From positions 6,277 to 70,276 of the forward strand of contig JAURHM010000006.1 in the NCBI GenBank assembly GCA_030833315.1: 64,000 nt of DNA, written 5' to 3'. The notes beneath the pieces were generated by a model, which was given only the letters and a program-made list of their open reading frames with translations, did no database searches and had not been told where the DNA came from. Origin of the DNA: Burkholderiales bacterium. GTDB taxonomy: Bacteria > Pseudomonadota > Gammaproteobacteria > Burkholderiales > SG8-41. Made by a program: the position numbers and the translations under genes. How positions within the stretch are numbered: position 1 is the stretch's first letter; each line of letters starts with the position of its first letter. Shown here in pieces: positions 11,336 through 20,989 of this stretch.

Positions 11336-11869
11336 ATGAGCGAATTCCAATGGGTTTTGAAAGGCCGCTGCTACAAACTGGGGCATGACGTGTGGCATGC
11401 CGGCGGCGTGGTGCCGAGCTGGATCATTACCGGGAGACATTTCGATCCCAAGGACATCATCCCGCATCTGTTTGAGGAAACCGACCCCGGCTTCCATACC
11501 CGCTGCAAACCCGGCGACATCATCGTCACCGGAAAAAACTTCGGCATGGGCCCGAAAATGAACGGTTATATCGCGATGCAGGCGCTGGGGCTGGGACTGG
11601 TCTGCGAATCGATGCCCTTCCTCGCCTACCGTGCGGCCATCGGCTGCGGCGTGCGAGTGATGACCGACTGCGTCAACGCCACCGACCTGTGCGACACCGG
11701 CGATGAAATTGAAGTCAATTTCCGCGACGGCTTTTTCATTAATCACACACGCGACATCCGCCGTGAATACCCGCCGATCCCCGATGCGCTGATGGAAATC
11801 GTCGAACTCGGCGGCAATGCCGGATGGCTGCAGCAGTGGCAGGCCAAACGCGCCACCGCCGTATCGTGA
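11336..11869 (+). CDS. Aconitase-family small (swivel) subunit (LeuD-like, divergent)
   Basis: PGDIIVTGKNFG.G, GG..W C-terminus; directly follows the large subunit. Confidence 0.8.
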   Translation: MSEFQWVLKGRCYKLGHDVWHAGGVVPSWIITGRHFDPKDIIPHLFEETDPGFHTRCKPGDIIVTGKNFGMGPKMNGYIAMQALGLGLVCESMPFLAYRAAIGCGVRVMTDCVNATDLCDTGDEIEVNFRDGFFINHTRDIRREYPPIPDALMEIVELGGNAGWLQQWQAKRATAVS

Positions 11870-12597
11870 CGCAACATTTCAACGCGCTGGGCCAGCCGGT
11901 CGGATTTCCGCTGCCGGACTGGACAGCACCGCCGCGGCCGCCGCGCACAACACTGACCGGACGTTATTGCCGCGTCGAACCGCTGGATGCGCAACGTCAT
12001 CCCACCGAACTGCACACGGCAAACCGGCTTGATCCGAGCGGACGCGCATTCACCTATCTTGCAGCCGGACCTTTTGACAGCCTCGACAGCTACCTGAAGT
12101 GGATCAACACCAGCTGTCTCAGCCCTGATCCGTTGTTCCACGCCATCATCGACGGCGACAGCGGCAAGGCCTTGGGCGTCGCTGCCTATATGCGCATTGA
12201 TCCGGCCAACGGCGTGATCGAAGTCGGCCACCTCAATTTTTCACCGCTACTACAGCAGACCCGCGTCGCGACCGAAGCGATGCATCTGATGATGAAAAAC
12301 GCCTTCGCACTTGGCTACCGGCGTTACGAATGGAAATGCGACTCGCTGAACGCGCCGTCGCAGGCGGCGGCACGACGGCTGGGCTTTTCCTACGAGGGCC
12401 GCTTCATCCAGGCGATCACCTACAAGGGACGCAACCGCGACACCGACTGGTTCTCGATCACCGACCGCGAATGGCCTGCACTTCGCGCAGCTCATGAACA
12501 GTGGCTCGCGCCGGAGAATTTTGATGGTGAAGGCCGGCAGCGCCTCAGCCTGTCGGCACTGACCGCGCCGCTGCTGCGCGCCGCGGATAAACAATAA
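11866..12597 (+). CDS. GNAT acetyltransferase (RimJ/RimL, YdaF-like)
   Basis: N.LGQPVG..LPDW, LGYRRYEWKCDSLN.PS..AA.RLGF.YEG, KGRNRDT.W; GTGA overlap start. Confidence 0.88.
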   Translation: MTQHFNALGQPVGFPLPDWTAPPRPPRTTLTGRYCRVEPLDAQRHPTELHTANRLDPSGRAFTYLAAGPFDSLDSYLKWINTSCLSPDPLFHAIIDGDSGKALGVAAYMRIDPANGVIEVGHLNFSPLLQQTRVATEAMHLMMKNAFALGYRRYEWKCDSLNAPSQAAARRLGFSYEGRFIQAITYKGRNRDTDWFSITDREWPALRAAHEQWLAPENFDGEGRQRLSLSALTAPLLRAADKQ

Positions 12598-13641
12598 CTA
12601 TTTGTTTTTATTGTGTTTTTTTGAACGCGCCCGACTGAGCGCTTCATTCACAATACGCCGCAGCGCATCCCCCCAGGCAACACCGGCAAAACACTGGTTG
12701 TTGCCCATCGCGTGCGGGTGCAGATCCGGATTGGCGTTGGCCTCGAGAAACACCAACCGTCCGTCCGGCGTCAACCGGTAATCTATACGCCCGTAATCGC
12801 GCTGCTCAAGCGCATGGAAAATTGCACTGCTGACGGTTTCAATATCCCGCCGCAGATTGCCGGAGATTTTCGCGACACGCCAGCGGATGCGCCAGCGGCT
12901 GCGGTAAGCGCCGTCATTTTTCAGTTTATACGAGGCAAAGGTCGGTGCACCCGGACCGCGACGGCCAATGAACAGTTCAACCGCCGGCATCACATCCGGT
13001 TTGTTGCCAAGCAGGGCCACATACAGGTCGCGGCCTTCGATGAATTCCTCGCAGATCAGCGGCGCATGCACGCGCTTGCGCAACATGCGCACGCGCTGCA
13101 GCAGTTCGCGCTCGTTCTTCACCAGTGAATTGACGCGCACTTCGTCGGAACCGTCGCCGAACTGCGGCTTGATGATCAGCGGGTAAGGTACACGCGGATT
13201 GCGGATCGGGCCCGTCGGCGGAATCACGAAGTAACGCGGCACCGCCACGCCAAGGTCGGCAGCAATGTGTTTGGACAGCGCCTTGTCGCGCGCCAGTCGC
13301 AGGCCGCCGGGACCGGATCCCGTATACGGAATCTTCAGCAGATCGAGCAGGCCTGCAATGGACGCATCCATGCTGCGGTCACCATCGACGCATTCGGTCA
13401 GATTGAACACCAGCCGCGGCTTCAGCGCCCGCAGTTCGGCAATCGTGGCGTCGACACCGGCGACAAAAGGCAGCGCCGTGACCCGCAGGCCTTGACTGCG
13501 CAGTTCCGCCAGCAGATAGGCTTCAACGCTGCTGCGATCGGGAACATAAAGCCCGTTTTTGCGGCGGTCCACCGCCTCCGCATCGACCAGCAGCGCAATG
13601 TCGCAACGCACGGCTTCGGCTCGTTTTTGTTGTTGGGCCAT
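12598..13641 (-). CDS. D-Ala-D-Ala ligase-like ATP-grasp protein
   Basis: IPYTGS, DKALSK, IIKP..GDGS, EEFIEGR, YGRIDYRL, LEANANP. Confidence 0.82.
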   Translation of the reverse strand: MAQQQKRAEAVRCDIALLVDAEAVDRRKNGLYVPDRSSVEAYLLAELRSQGLRVTALPFVAGVDATIAELRALKPRLVFNLTECVDGDRSMDASIAGLLDLLKIPYTGSGPGGLRLARDKALSKHIAADLGVAVPRYFVIPPTGPIRNPRVPYPLIIKPQFGDGSDEVRVNSLVKNERELLQRVRMLRKRVHAPLICEEFIEGRDLYVALLGNKPDVMPAVELFIGRRGPGAPTFASYKLKNDGAYRSRWRIRWRVAKISGNLRRDIETVSSAIFHALEQRDYGRIDYRLTPDGRLVFLEANANPDLHPHAMGNNQCFAGVAWGDALRRIVNEALSRARSKKHNKNK

Positions 13642-13756
13642 GTCCCGATTTTAACCCCGGCGCCGGCACGTTGCGCCCGCCCCCCTGTCGCTGCTATCGT
13701 GCCCCCCATCCGCGGAGACCACTTCGTCTTTCGCAGCAACCACCGGAGGATAGACA

Positions 13757-14713
13757 ATGAAACTCGCAACCATCGCCTCAGCGATCCTGGCGACATTGCT
13801 GCTGTATGCCGGCAGCGCAGCTGCACAGGCCTGCCCCGAGAAAAACATCAACTACTGGCAGGCCTTTCCCGCCGGCGGCGAATCCGATATTTCGGCGCGG
13901 CACCAGCAGCTGGTACTGAAAAAACGCTGCCCCGGTATCGAAACCATCGTGCAGTACAAACCCGGTGCAGGAGGTGGCCTGATGTGGGCGCAGATCAACA
14001 ACATGCCCGCCGACGGCTTCAACGTGATCGGCGTCAACCTGCCGCATATCGTGCTGCAACCCTTCGAGGGCCAGGTGCAGTACAAGACAGACGATGTGAT
14101 GCCGGTCTACTGGTTCCATTACACGCCGGATGCGCTGGTGGTGCCCGCCGACAGCCCGATCAAATCCTTCCAGGACCTGGTCAAGGCCGCGAAGGCACAA
14201 CCCGGCAAGCTAACCCTCGCCGGCTCAGGCACCAACTCCGCCAACCATGCCGCACATGAAAAACTTAATCTGGTCGCCGGCGTGCAGACCACCTATGTGC
14301 CGTTCAAGGGCACCGGCGACATGACCACCGCCGTGCTCGGCGCGCATGTCACCGGGGCGATGTCGTATTCGGCCTTTGCCATCAACAACAAGGGCAAGGT
14401 TCGCGCGCTGGCGGTCGCGATGGACAAGCGTCACCCGCTGCTGCCCGACGTGCCGACCTTCAAGGAACTGGGCTTTGACTGGATCGACGGCGCCTACCGC
14501 GGCATCGGCATGCCTAAATCGACCACCCCGGATGCACGCAAGCGCATGTCGGACCTGTGGGCTGCGCTCAACAATGATCCGGAGATGAAGGAACTCGCCG
14601 CCAAAAGCGGATTCGAACTGGTCAATGTCGGCGTCGACAAGATGGAGCCCTTCATGAAAGACCGCATCCGCGCCTATACCGAAGTGGCCAAACGCATGGG
14701 GCTGACCAAATAA
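13757..14713 (+). CDS. Bug/TctC substrate-binding protein (divergent subgroup)
   Basis: FPAGGESD, KPGAGG, YVPFKGTG, PDVPTFKELG; RBS GGAGGA. Confidence 0.88.
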   Translation: MKLATIASAILATLLLYAGSAAAQACPEKNINYWQAFPAGGESDISARHQQLVLKKRCPGIETIVQYKPGAGGGLMWAQINNMPADGFNVIGVNLPHIVLQPFEGQVQYKTDDVMPVYWFHYTPDALVVPADSPIKSFQDLVKAAKAQPGKLTLAGSGTNSANHAAHEKLNLVAGVQTTYVPFKGTGDMTTAVLGAHVTGAMSYSAFAINNKGKVRALAVAMDKRHPLLPDVPTFKELGFDWIDGAYRGIGMPKSTTPDARKRMSDLWAALNNDPEMKELAAKSGFELVNVGVDKMEPFMKDRIRAYTEVAKRMGLTK

Positions 14714-14727
14714 GCAATACACCGCTC

Positions 14728-14763
14728 AATAAAAAACGGGGCCTGCAGGCCCCGTTTTTTATT
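14728..14763. terminator. Bidirectional intrinsic terminator
   Basis: Perfect palindrome AATAAAAAACGGGGCCTGCAGGCCCCGTTTTTTATT between convergent genes. Confidence 0.9.
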
Positions 14764-14777
14764 TCTGCGAACAGCTC

Positions 14778-17012
14778 TCAGGCAAACTTCACGCCGGCCT
14801 CGCTCATTGCCTGCTGCACCCGTCCCGGCAGCAACGGCTGCTGGCGCAAGCGCACACCGGTGAGCTGGTGGAAGGCATTGGCGATTGCCGACGGTACCAG
14901 CGGTGTCGCCATCTGGCCGGCGCCCGTCGGATGGTTGGGCGTCTGCACCAGCTTGATGTGGATGTTCGGGATGTCGCGCATCCGCGGCACGTGGTAATCG
15001 AAGAAATTCGACTGCTGCACGAGACCGCCGCTGACATCGATATGCTCGGTCAGCGCCAGACCGATACCGTAGACAATCGAACTCTCGGTCTGGGCAACAA
15101 TGTTGTCGGGCTGAATAGCGACCCCGGCATCAATCACGCACCAGAAATCATGCACGCGGATGCGGCCGTCCTTGTTCAGTGAGACTTCGGCAATACCCGC
15201 GAGCTGGGTGCCGCTGTAATCGAGATAGGCCACGCCAAGGCCGCGCCCCTCACGCTTGCGGCCCCATGCGGCCATGCGGGCAACCTCACGCAGCACGTCA
15301 CGTCCACGCTGTGCACGCGGCGTGCCCGCCAGCTGGCGAATGCGGAATTCAACCGGATCCACACCCAGCTTCGCCGCGACTTCGTCGATGAATACCTCGT
15401 TGGCAAAACTGTTCTGGCCGACACCAATGGCGCGCAGCGGCGCGGTGCGGATACCGGTGGGCTGCTGCAGACCTTCAGCCAGGCGATGAGGAATGTCATA
15501 AGTCGGCAGTTCGGTGCCGCGCATCGCGATATTGTCACGGCCCTGCGAAGCCTTGAAGCGAACCGGATCCATATAGGCCAGCGCCTCGTCGCTGACCACG
15601 CGATGGTGCCAGGCGACGATCTTGCCCTTGTCATCCACCGCTGCGCGGATGCGGTTCACGTATTGCGGACGGAAGCGGCCGTTCTTGACATCGTCCTCGC
15701 GCGTCCACAGCACTTTCACCGGCTTGCCGACGGCTTTGGACAGCAGCGCCGAATCGACCATGAACTCGAGGTCACGGTTGCCGCGACGGCCGAATCCACC
15801 GCCAAGCAGCATGCCGTTGAACTTGATCTTGTCCGCAGACAGGCCAAGCGCCGCAGCCACGGCATCCACGGCAATGGTCTGGCTTTGCGTGCCGCACCAG
15901 ATCTCGCAGCCGTCCTTGCTCACCGAGGCCACCGAGTTCAGCGGCTCCATCTGCGCATGATAGGCATAATCGGCGCGATACTCGCCTTCAATGACGTTCT
16001 GCGCCTTGCCCAGTTCGGGAACAGCCTGCCCGACGGTTTCCCAGGCCACGCCTTTTTTGCTGTCATCGCGGGCAATTTTCGTGAACGCTTCAAATCCGCT
16101 GCCACTGGAATGTTTCCAGCCGCGCGCCTCGGAGGACCAGGTCACTTTCAAAGCCTGCTTGGCCTTGAACGCCGCCCATGGCGATTCGGCAATCACGCCG
16201 ACACCGTATTGCAGCGGCACGATCTGCAACACGCCGGCTACGGCACGCGCCTCGCGGTCGTCGATCTGCACCGGCTGCGCGCGATCCACCGGTTCACGCA
16301 GGATGGCGCCGTAGACCATGCCCGGCACCTGCACGTCGATGCTGTATTGCGCCGATCCGTTGGTCTTGCCGGCAACATCGACCCGCGGCACATCTTTGCC
16401 GATCAGACGGAAATGCGCCTTGTCGAGCGCATCCAGCTGAACTTCAGGCGCCTGCGCCGGCACCTTGGCAAATGCTGCGATCTCGCCATACGACAGCCGG
16501 CGCCCCGACTTCGTATGCTCGGCATAACCGGGCCCGCTGACGACTTCCGTCAGCGGCACGCCCCAGCGCTGGGCTGCGTTATCGAGCAACACGTAGCGCA
16601 CCTGGGCGCCGAACTGGCGCAGATTGGTGAAGTAACCGGTGACGGTAGCGCTGCCCGCGGTGTACTGCAGGTAACGGAAGGCCGGATTGCCGTAGATCTG
16701 ATTGTTCGGCGGCGCCGCGACAATGCGCACCTTTGACCAGTCGGCATCCATTTCCTCGGCGACGATCAGCGGCAGCGAAGTCAGCGACCCCTGCCCCATT
16801 TCAGCCGCCGGCGACTGGATAACCACCGTGCCATCGGTGAATACCGTCACCCAGTTGTTGATTTTGCTGCTGCCGGTCGCCGCCTCCGCGGCGCCGACCA
16901 CCAGTTCCTGCAGTCCCGGCGACGCCACAGCGACACCGAAGGTCAGACCGGCAGCACCGGTCATGAAACGGCGGCGCGACGGATTCTTGATCATGGGGTT
17001 TTGTGCACTCAT
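14778..17012 (-). CDS. iorB: Molybdopterin-binding subunit, isoquinoline 1-oxidoreductase beta-like, Tat signal
   Basis: SRRRFM Tat motif, EMGQG, TAGS, HAQMEP, GGGFGRR, WTREDD; start set at MSAQNP. Confidence 0.82.
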   Translation of the reverse strand: MSAQNPMIKNPSRRRFMTGAAGLTFGVAVASPGLQELVVGAAEAATGSSKINNWVTVFTDGTVVIQSPAAEMGQGSLTSLPLIVAEEMDADWSKVRIVAAPPNNQIYGNPAFRYLQYTAGSATVTGYFTNLRQFGAQVRYVLLDNAAQRWGVPLTEVVSGPGYAEHTKSGRRLSYGEIAAFAKVPAQAPEVQLDALDKAHFRLIGKDVPRVDVAGKTNGSAQYSIDVQVPGMVYGAILREPVDRAQPVQIDDREARAVAGVLQIVPLQYGVGVIAESPWAAFKAKQALKVTWSSEARGWKHSSGSGFEAFTKIARDDSKKGVAWETVGQAVPELGKAQNVIEGEYRADYAYHAQMEPLNSVASVSKDGCEIWCGTQSQTIAVDAVAAALGLSADKIKFNGMLLGGGFGRRGNRDLEFMVDSALLSKAVGKPVKVLWTREDDVKNGRFRPQYVNRIRAAVDDKGKIVAWHHRVVSDEALAYMDPVRFKASQGRDNIAMRGTELPTYDIPHRLAEGLQQPTGIRTAPLRAIGVGQNSFANEVFIDEVAAKLGVDPVEFRIRQLAGTPRAQRGRDVLREVARMAAWGRKREGRGLGVAYLDYSGTQLAGIAEVSLNKDGRIRVHDFWCVIDAGVAIQPDNIVAQTESSIVYGIGLALTEHIDVSGGLVQQSNFFDYHVPRMRDIPNIHIKLVQTPNHPTGAGQMATPLVPSAIANAFHQLTGVRLRQQPLLPGRVQQAMSEAGVKFA

Positions 17013-17013
17013 C

Positions 17014-17481
17014 TCACACCTCCCCTTTCGCGGCGCGCTCAATCGCACGGGCGATACGCACATAGGTGCCGCAGCGGCAGATGTTGGGACTCATGTATTC
17101 AACAATATCTTCGCGCGAGGGCCGTGAATTCTGCTTGAGCAGGCCGGCAGCACGCATGATCTGCCCGGACTGGCAGTAACCGCACTGCGGTACCTGTTCG
17201 GCGCGCCAGGCTTTCTGCAAGGGGTGATTGCCGTCCGGCGACAGACCTTCGATGGTCGTCACCTGCTTGCCATCGACATCCTTGATCGCATGCAGGCAGG
17301 ATTGCGTTGGCTCGCCGTTCAGGTGCACGGTGCAAGCGCCGCACTGGCCGACGCCGCAACCGAATTTGGTACCGGTGAGTTTCAGTTGCTCACGCAGCAC
17401 CCACAACAGCGGCGTATCGGGTGCAGCGGTGATTGTTTTTCGCTGGCCGTTGATGGTCAGCGTCACGGTAACGTTGCTCAT
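17014..17481 (-). CDS. iorA: 2x[2Fe-2S] subunit, isoquinoline 1-oxidoreductase alpha-like
   Basis: [34 protein letters not shown]. Confidence 0.88.
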   Translation of the reverse strand: MSNVTVTLTINGQRKTITAAPDTPLLWVLREQLKLTGTKFGCGVGQCGACTVHLNGEPTQSCLHAIKDVDGKQVTTIEGLSPDGNHPLQKAWRAEQVPQCGYCQSGQIMRAAGLLKQNSRPSREDIVEYMSPNICRCGTYVRIARAIERAAKGEV

Positions 17482-17649
17482 GACCCCCCCTTTGAGATTG
17501 GCTTTGCGTCCCTCGTTGCGCGCGTTCTGCGCCGCGCGCTGCGACGGTTTAGATGTTTAGATATTAGCCCAAACCTTGCTCCCCGAAACCCGCAGCTCGA
17601 CAGCGCCGCAGGTAATCCCCTGAACCTACATAAGTTATTGTTTTTATTA

Positions 17650-18852
17650 TTAAATATTTTGACCGGCGCGGAACAGCCCTCGTGGCGCGCGATGCAGCGG
17701 CTCGCAACCGTCGCGTGTGATGCGCATCAGCTCACCAACCTGCACGCCGGATCGTTTCGATTCATCCGCTTCGGTGGTTACCGGATTGGGTTGGACCACC
17801 ACGGTCATGTTTTCTTCCAGCGTCATCTGCGGCAAGGCGCGCCCGGCCATGCGGCTTTTCGTACCGATGATCGGCTGGAAATAGCCGCCACCGAAACCGT
17901 GCACCAGGTCATCACACACCGTGTAACCCTTTTGCTCGATCAGTGCGGTGGCGTCCATGATTTCCTGCATGGTCGTGCCATGGCGCAATACCTTGGTCAC
18001 CGCATCGAAGGTGGCTTCGGCCGTCGCATGCAGATCCGCATAACGCGGCGTCGGATCGGCATCAACGGTAAAGGTGCGCAGGATCTGCCCGGGATAATCC
18101 CACCAGAATGCCGACAGCTCGCAGAAAATGACATCGCCCGCCCGCACCTTGCGCGGCGAAGGATGCTGCGGCGGCACATAGATATGCGGCTGCGCCATCG
18201 ACGTCACGCCGATGTAATGGATCATCGTCGTGCCGCCGTGTTTGATATAGGCGCTCTCCACCAGCGCGCCGAGTTCACGTTCATCCATGCCCACGCGCGT
18301 GCCGGCCACCAGCGCGCGCAGTCCGGCGTCAGACAGCGCCGCACCGATGCGCAGCCAATCGATTTCCTCTTCCGATTTGCGCATGCGCAACTGGGTGTAG
18401 TCAGCATCCAGCAGCTTCACTTCGAAAGCCGCTTCAAGCTGGCGGCATTTGGACAGCACCAGCGGACCGATCAGACCGATACGTTTCGCGCCACGCCGTT
18501 TCAGCTCCTCGATGGTCAGCGCGATGCCCTGATGCTGCCCCCAGCGCACATCGACATCGCGGGCGATCTTGCGGCCCAGCGGAAAATGGTTGAACCACTC
18601 CATGTGCATGACCATGCGCTCACCGGGCTTGAACACGACATAGGCCTCGACCGTTCCGGGCCAGCCGGTCAGCCATTGCACGGCATTGCCGGCGCGGTGA
18701 TCGGTGACCACTAGCAGATGGTCACAGCAATGTTTTTCCATCGCTGCCGCCAATGCGGTCTGGCGTCTTACATATTCAGCATCCGAAAAATGCGGGTATT
18801 GCTGCTGCATCACTGCCTGCAGACGCGGCTCAACCTTCAACACTGCACTCAT
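17650..18852 (-). CDS. M24 (Xaa-Pro peptidase/creatinase) fold hydrolase with degenerate metal site
   Basis: KSEEEI..LR, GDVIFCELS....Y.GQILRTF, HGFG, VVQPN, VGEL. Confidence 0.8.
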   Translation of the reverse strand: MSAVLKVEPRLQAVMQQQYPHFSDAEYVRRQTALAAAMEKHCCDHLLVVTDHRAGNAVQWLTGWPGTVEAYVVFKPGERMVMHMEWFNHFPLGRKIARDVDVRWGQHQGIALTIEELKRRGAKRIGLIGPLVLSKCRQLEAAFEVKLLDADYTQLRMRKSEEEIDWLRIGAALSDAGLRALVAGTRVGMDERELGALVESAYIKHGGTTMIHYIGVTSMAQPHIYVPPQHPSPRKVRAGDVIFCELSAFWWDYPGQILRTFTVDADPTPRYADLHATAEATFDAVTKVLRHGTTMQEIMDATALIEQKGYTVCDDLVHGFGGGYFQPIIGTKSRMAGRALPQMTLEENMTVVVQPNPVTTEADESKRSGVQVGELMRITRDGCEPLHRAPRGLFRAGQNI

Positions 18853-18883
18853 TGCTTCTCCTGAATCGGGTAAGTGGAACAGA

Positions 18884-19885
18884 TCAGATGGATTTGGAAA
18901 ACACCGGACTGACCGGCTCCTTGAGACTGGGCAGATCGGGCGCGGACGGCAGATCCGTGCGCGAACCGAGCAATTGATGGTAACGCACGGCCAACGCCAG
19001 ATCCTGCAAGGCCGTGCCTACGGATTTGAAGGCGACAAGCCCTGATGCAGGCGGCTTGACCACAGCCGCGACAATATGCGCCAGTGTTGCCTGTTTCGTT
19101 TCTGACACGGCACCGGCCTGAACCGCCCTCTGCAGGTCACCGGCCTCATCCGCAGCACGGGGTGAATCCACCACCACCAGCGCAGCATCGGCAAAACACC
19201 GCGCATCGACTTCCACCGATTCGGGTCGCGTGCTGCCGACCGCGCACAGCAGGCGGCAGCCTTCCAGCCATTCGCCACGCACCAGCGGCTCACTGCCGCG
19301 ATGGCTGGTCGCGGCAACCACAACCGAGTGTCCGCGACAGGCGGCTTCTGCGCTGAAAACCGGTGTAACCGGAATCCCCAGACGGGCCGAGTTGTCCCGC
19401 GCAAAACGTTCACGGTTTTCAGAAGAGCGGCTGAAGACGCTGACCGAGGCCAGCGGATAGACGCTGGCCAGACTGTCGAGTTGCATGCGCGCCTGATGGC
19501 CGGAACCGACCAGCCCCACCGACACCCGTCCGGCAATGGCAACCTGCCGCGCCAGCACGCCGCTGGCCGCACCGGTGCGCAGATCGGTAATCAGGCGGCC
19601 GTCGAGCACTGCCAGCAGTTCACCGTCGGAGAGACGGTACAAGGACACGACGTAACGCACGCCGTGGCCTTCGCGCAGATGGAACACCTTGGTCGCCGCA
19701 TAACCCGCGGCGTAATCGGTGGCGAACATCATGCGCATCCAGCCGCCCTCGAAGGCGGTATTCAGCCGCGGCGACACGAAGGTCTTGCCTGCAGCCTCAT
19801 TCCGCGACATCGCCTCGAGCAAGTCGATCGCATCCCGCATGCCCAGCACGCCTTCCAGCGCACCGCTTCCCAGCATCACCGCCAT
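18884..19885 (-). CDS. Ornithine cyclodeaminase/mu-crystallin family protein
   Basis: T.LRTGAAS, GSG.QAR.QL, FKSVG.ALQDL. Confidence 0.88.
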   Translation of the reverse strand: MAVMLGSGALEGVLGMRDAIDLLEAMSRNEAAGKTFVSPRLNTAFEGGWMRMMFATDYAAGYAATKVFHLREGHGVRYVVSLYRLSDGELLAVLDGRLITDLRTGAASGVLARQVAIAGRVSVGLVGSGHQARMQLDSLASVYPLASVSVFSRSSENRERFARDNSARLGIPVTPVFSAEAACRGHSVVVAATSHRGSEPLVRGEWLEGCRLLCAVGSTRPESVEVDARCFADAALVVVDSPRAADEAGDLQRAVQAGAVSETKQATLAHIVAAVVKPPASGLVAFKSVGTALQDLALAVRYHQLLGSRTDLPSAPDLPSLKEPVSPVFSKSI

Positions 19886-19895
19886 CTGCCGCTCC

Positions 19896-20942
19896 CTATT
19901 TCAGATGGTCTGCGAGCCAGTCGGCGATCAGCGGACGCACGATATGGTGCAGGTTGTTGCAGACATGCACGCCGTCGTCATAAACGATTGTTGTCGTCGG
20001 CCCCTTCACTTCCTTTTCGACGCGATAGGCGTGTTCCGGCGGCGAGGCCTTGTCGAGTCCGCCGTAGATCTGGAGCAGCGGCACCGTCAGCTTCGCCGCG
20101 ACATCGGCCATGGTGATGCTGTTTTGCACCTCTTCCGCGTTCTCGCCCATGTACTGCATCAGCCCGACCTGCGACAGCGGATCCATATGCTTGAAACGGC
20201 CGGCCGGCGTGTACCAGCTGCTCACGGAGACTGCCGCCATGTAACGCTTGTCCAAAGCCGCGGCGCGGCAGGCAAAAATGCCACCATAGGAAATCCCGCC
20301 GATGGCCATGCGCGTGGTATCGAGATCCTTGCGCGCAGCAACCAGATCGGTGACCGCCTTGATCGGCACTTCGTAGTCGGGACGGATCTTGCTCTGCGTG
20401 CTGAGCATGCCCTGCCCCGGGCCGTCGAAGGCGAGAACGGCCAGGCCGCGGCGGAGCATGTGCTCACCGAAATCGTAAAGCTCTTCCTTGGTCGAGTCGC
20501 CGCCGGGCACCAGCACCACCACCGGCGGCTTCGCCACGCCCTTGGGTTTGCGCAGCCATCCCGGCATGCGCAGGCCTTCAAACGGAATCTCCAGCAACTC
20601 CATCGGCGGATCCACCAGCGGCGCCGCTTTTTTCCAGCATTCGTCCATCGCCAGCATCGCGCCGACAAACTGCTTCTGGTCGTGCACAAACAGGAAATTC
20701 GCCCAGTGGTAATACAGCGCCGCGCGGATATAGGCGCCGCCGGCCGTCAACGCATGACCTTCCTTCGCCGCCTTGTCCCCGGTTGCGGCATGTTGTGCCG
20801 CGACCTTGCTCCATTCCTCGCACCACTGGTCCCAGCGATCGATGCGCTGTTTCAGTCCGTCGAACTCCCACTGCGAAACCTGCTGCGACAACATGCGCCA
20901 GGTAAAACGGTCCAGCGCCACTTGCGTATTGCGGTCTGCCAT
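19896..20942 (-). CDS. Alpha/beta hydrolase, 2,6-dihydroxypseudooxynicotine hydrolase-like
   Basis: PG.DSTKEE, FDGPGQG, GISYGG, G.HVC.N. Confidence 0.8.
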   Translation of the reverse strand: MADRNTQVALDRFTWRMLSQQVSQWEFDGLKQRIDRWDQWCEEWSKVAAQHAATGDKAAKEGHALTAGGAYIRAALYYHWANFLFVHDQKQFVGAMLAMDECWKKAAPLVDPPMELLEIPFEGLRMPGWLRKPKGVAKPPVVVLVPGGDSTKEELYDFGEHMLRRGLAVLAFDGPGQGMLSTQSKIRPDYEVPIKAVTDLVAARKDLDTTRMAIGGISYGGIFACRAAALDKRYMAAVSVSSWYTPAGRFKHMDPLSQVGLMQYMGENAEEVQNSITMADVAAKLTVPLLQIYGGLDKASPPEHAYRVEKEVKGPTTTIVYDDGVHVCNNLHHIVRPLIADWLADHLK

Positions 20943-20989
20943 TCTGCTGTTCCTTGTTGATGGCCGCGGACGGCCGGTTTCAGGGACGA

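Noticed and set aside
17482-17630. Possible Moco riboswitch upstream of iorA
   Set aside because: A hairpin is present but I could not match the conserved Moco RNA features
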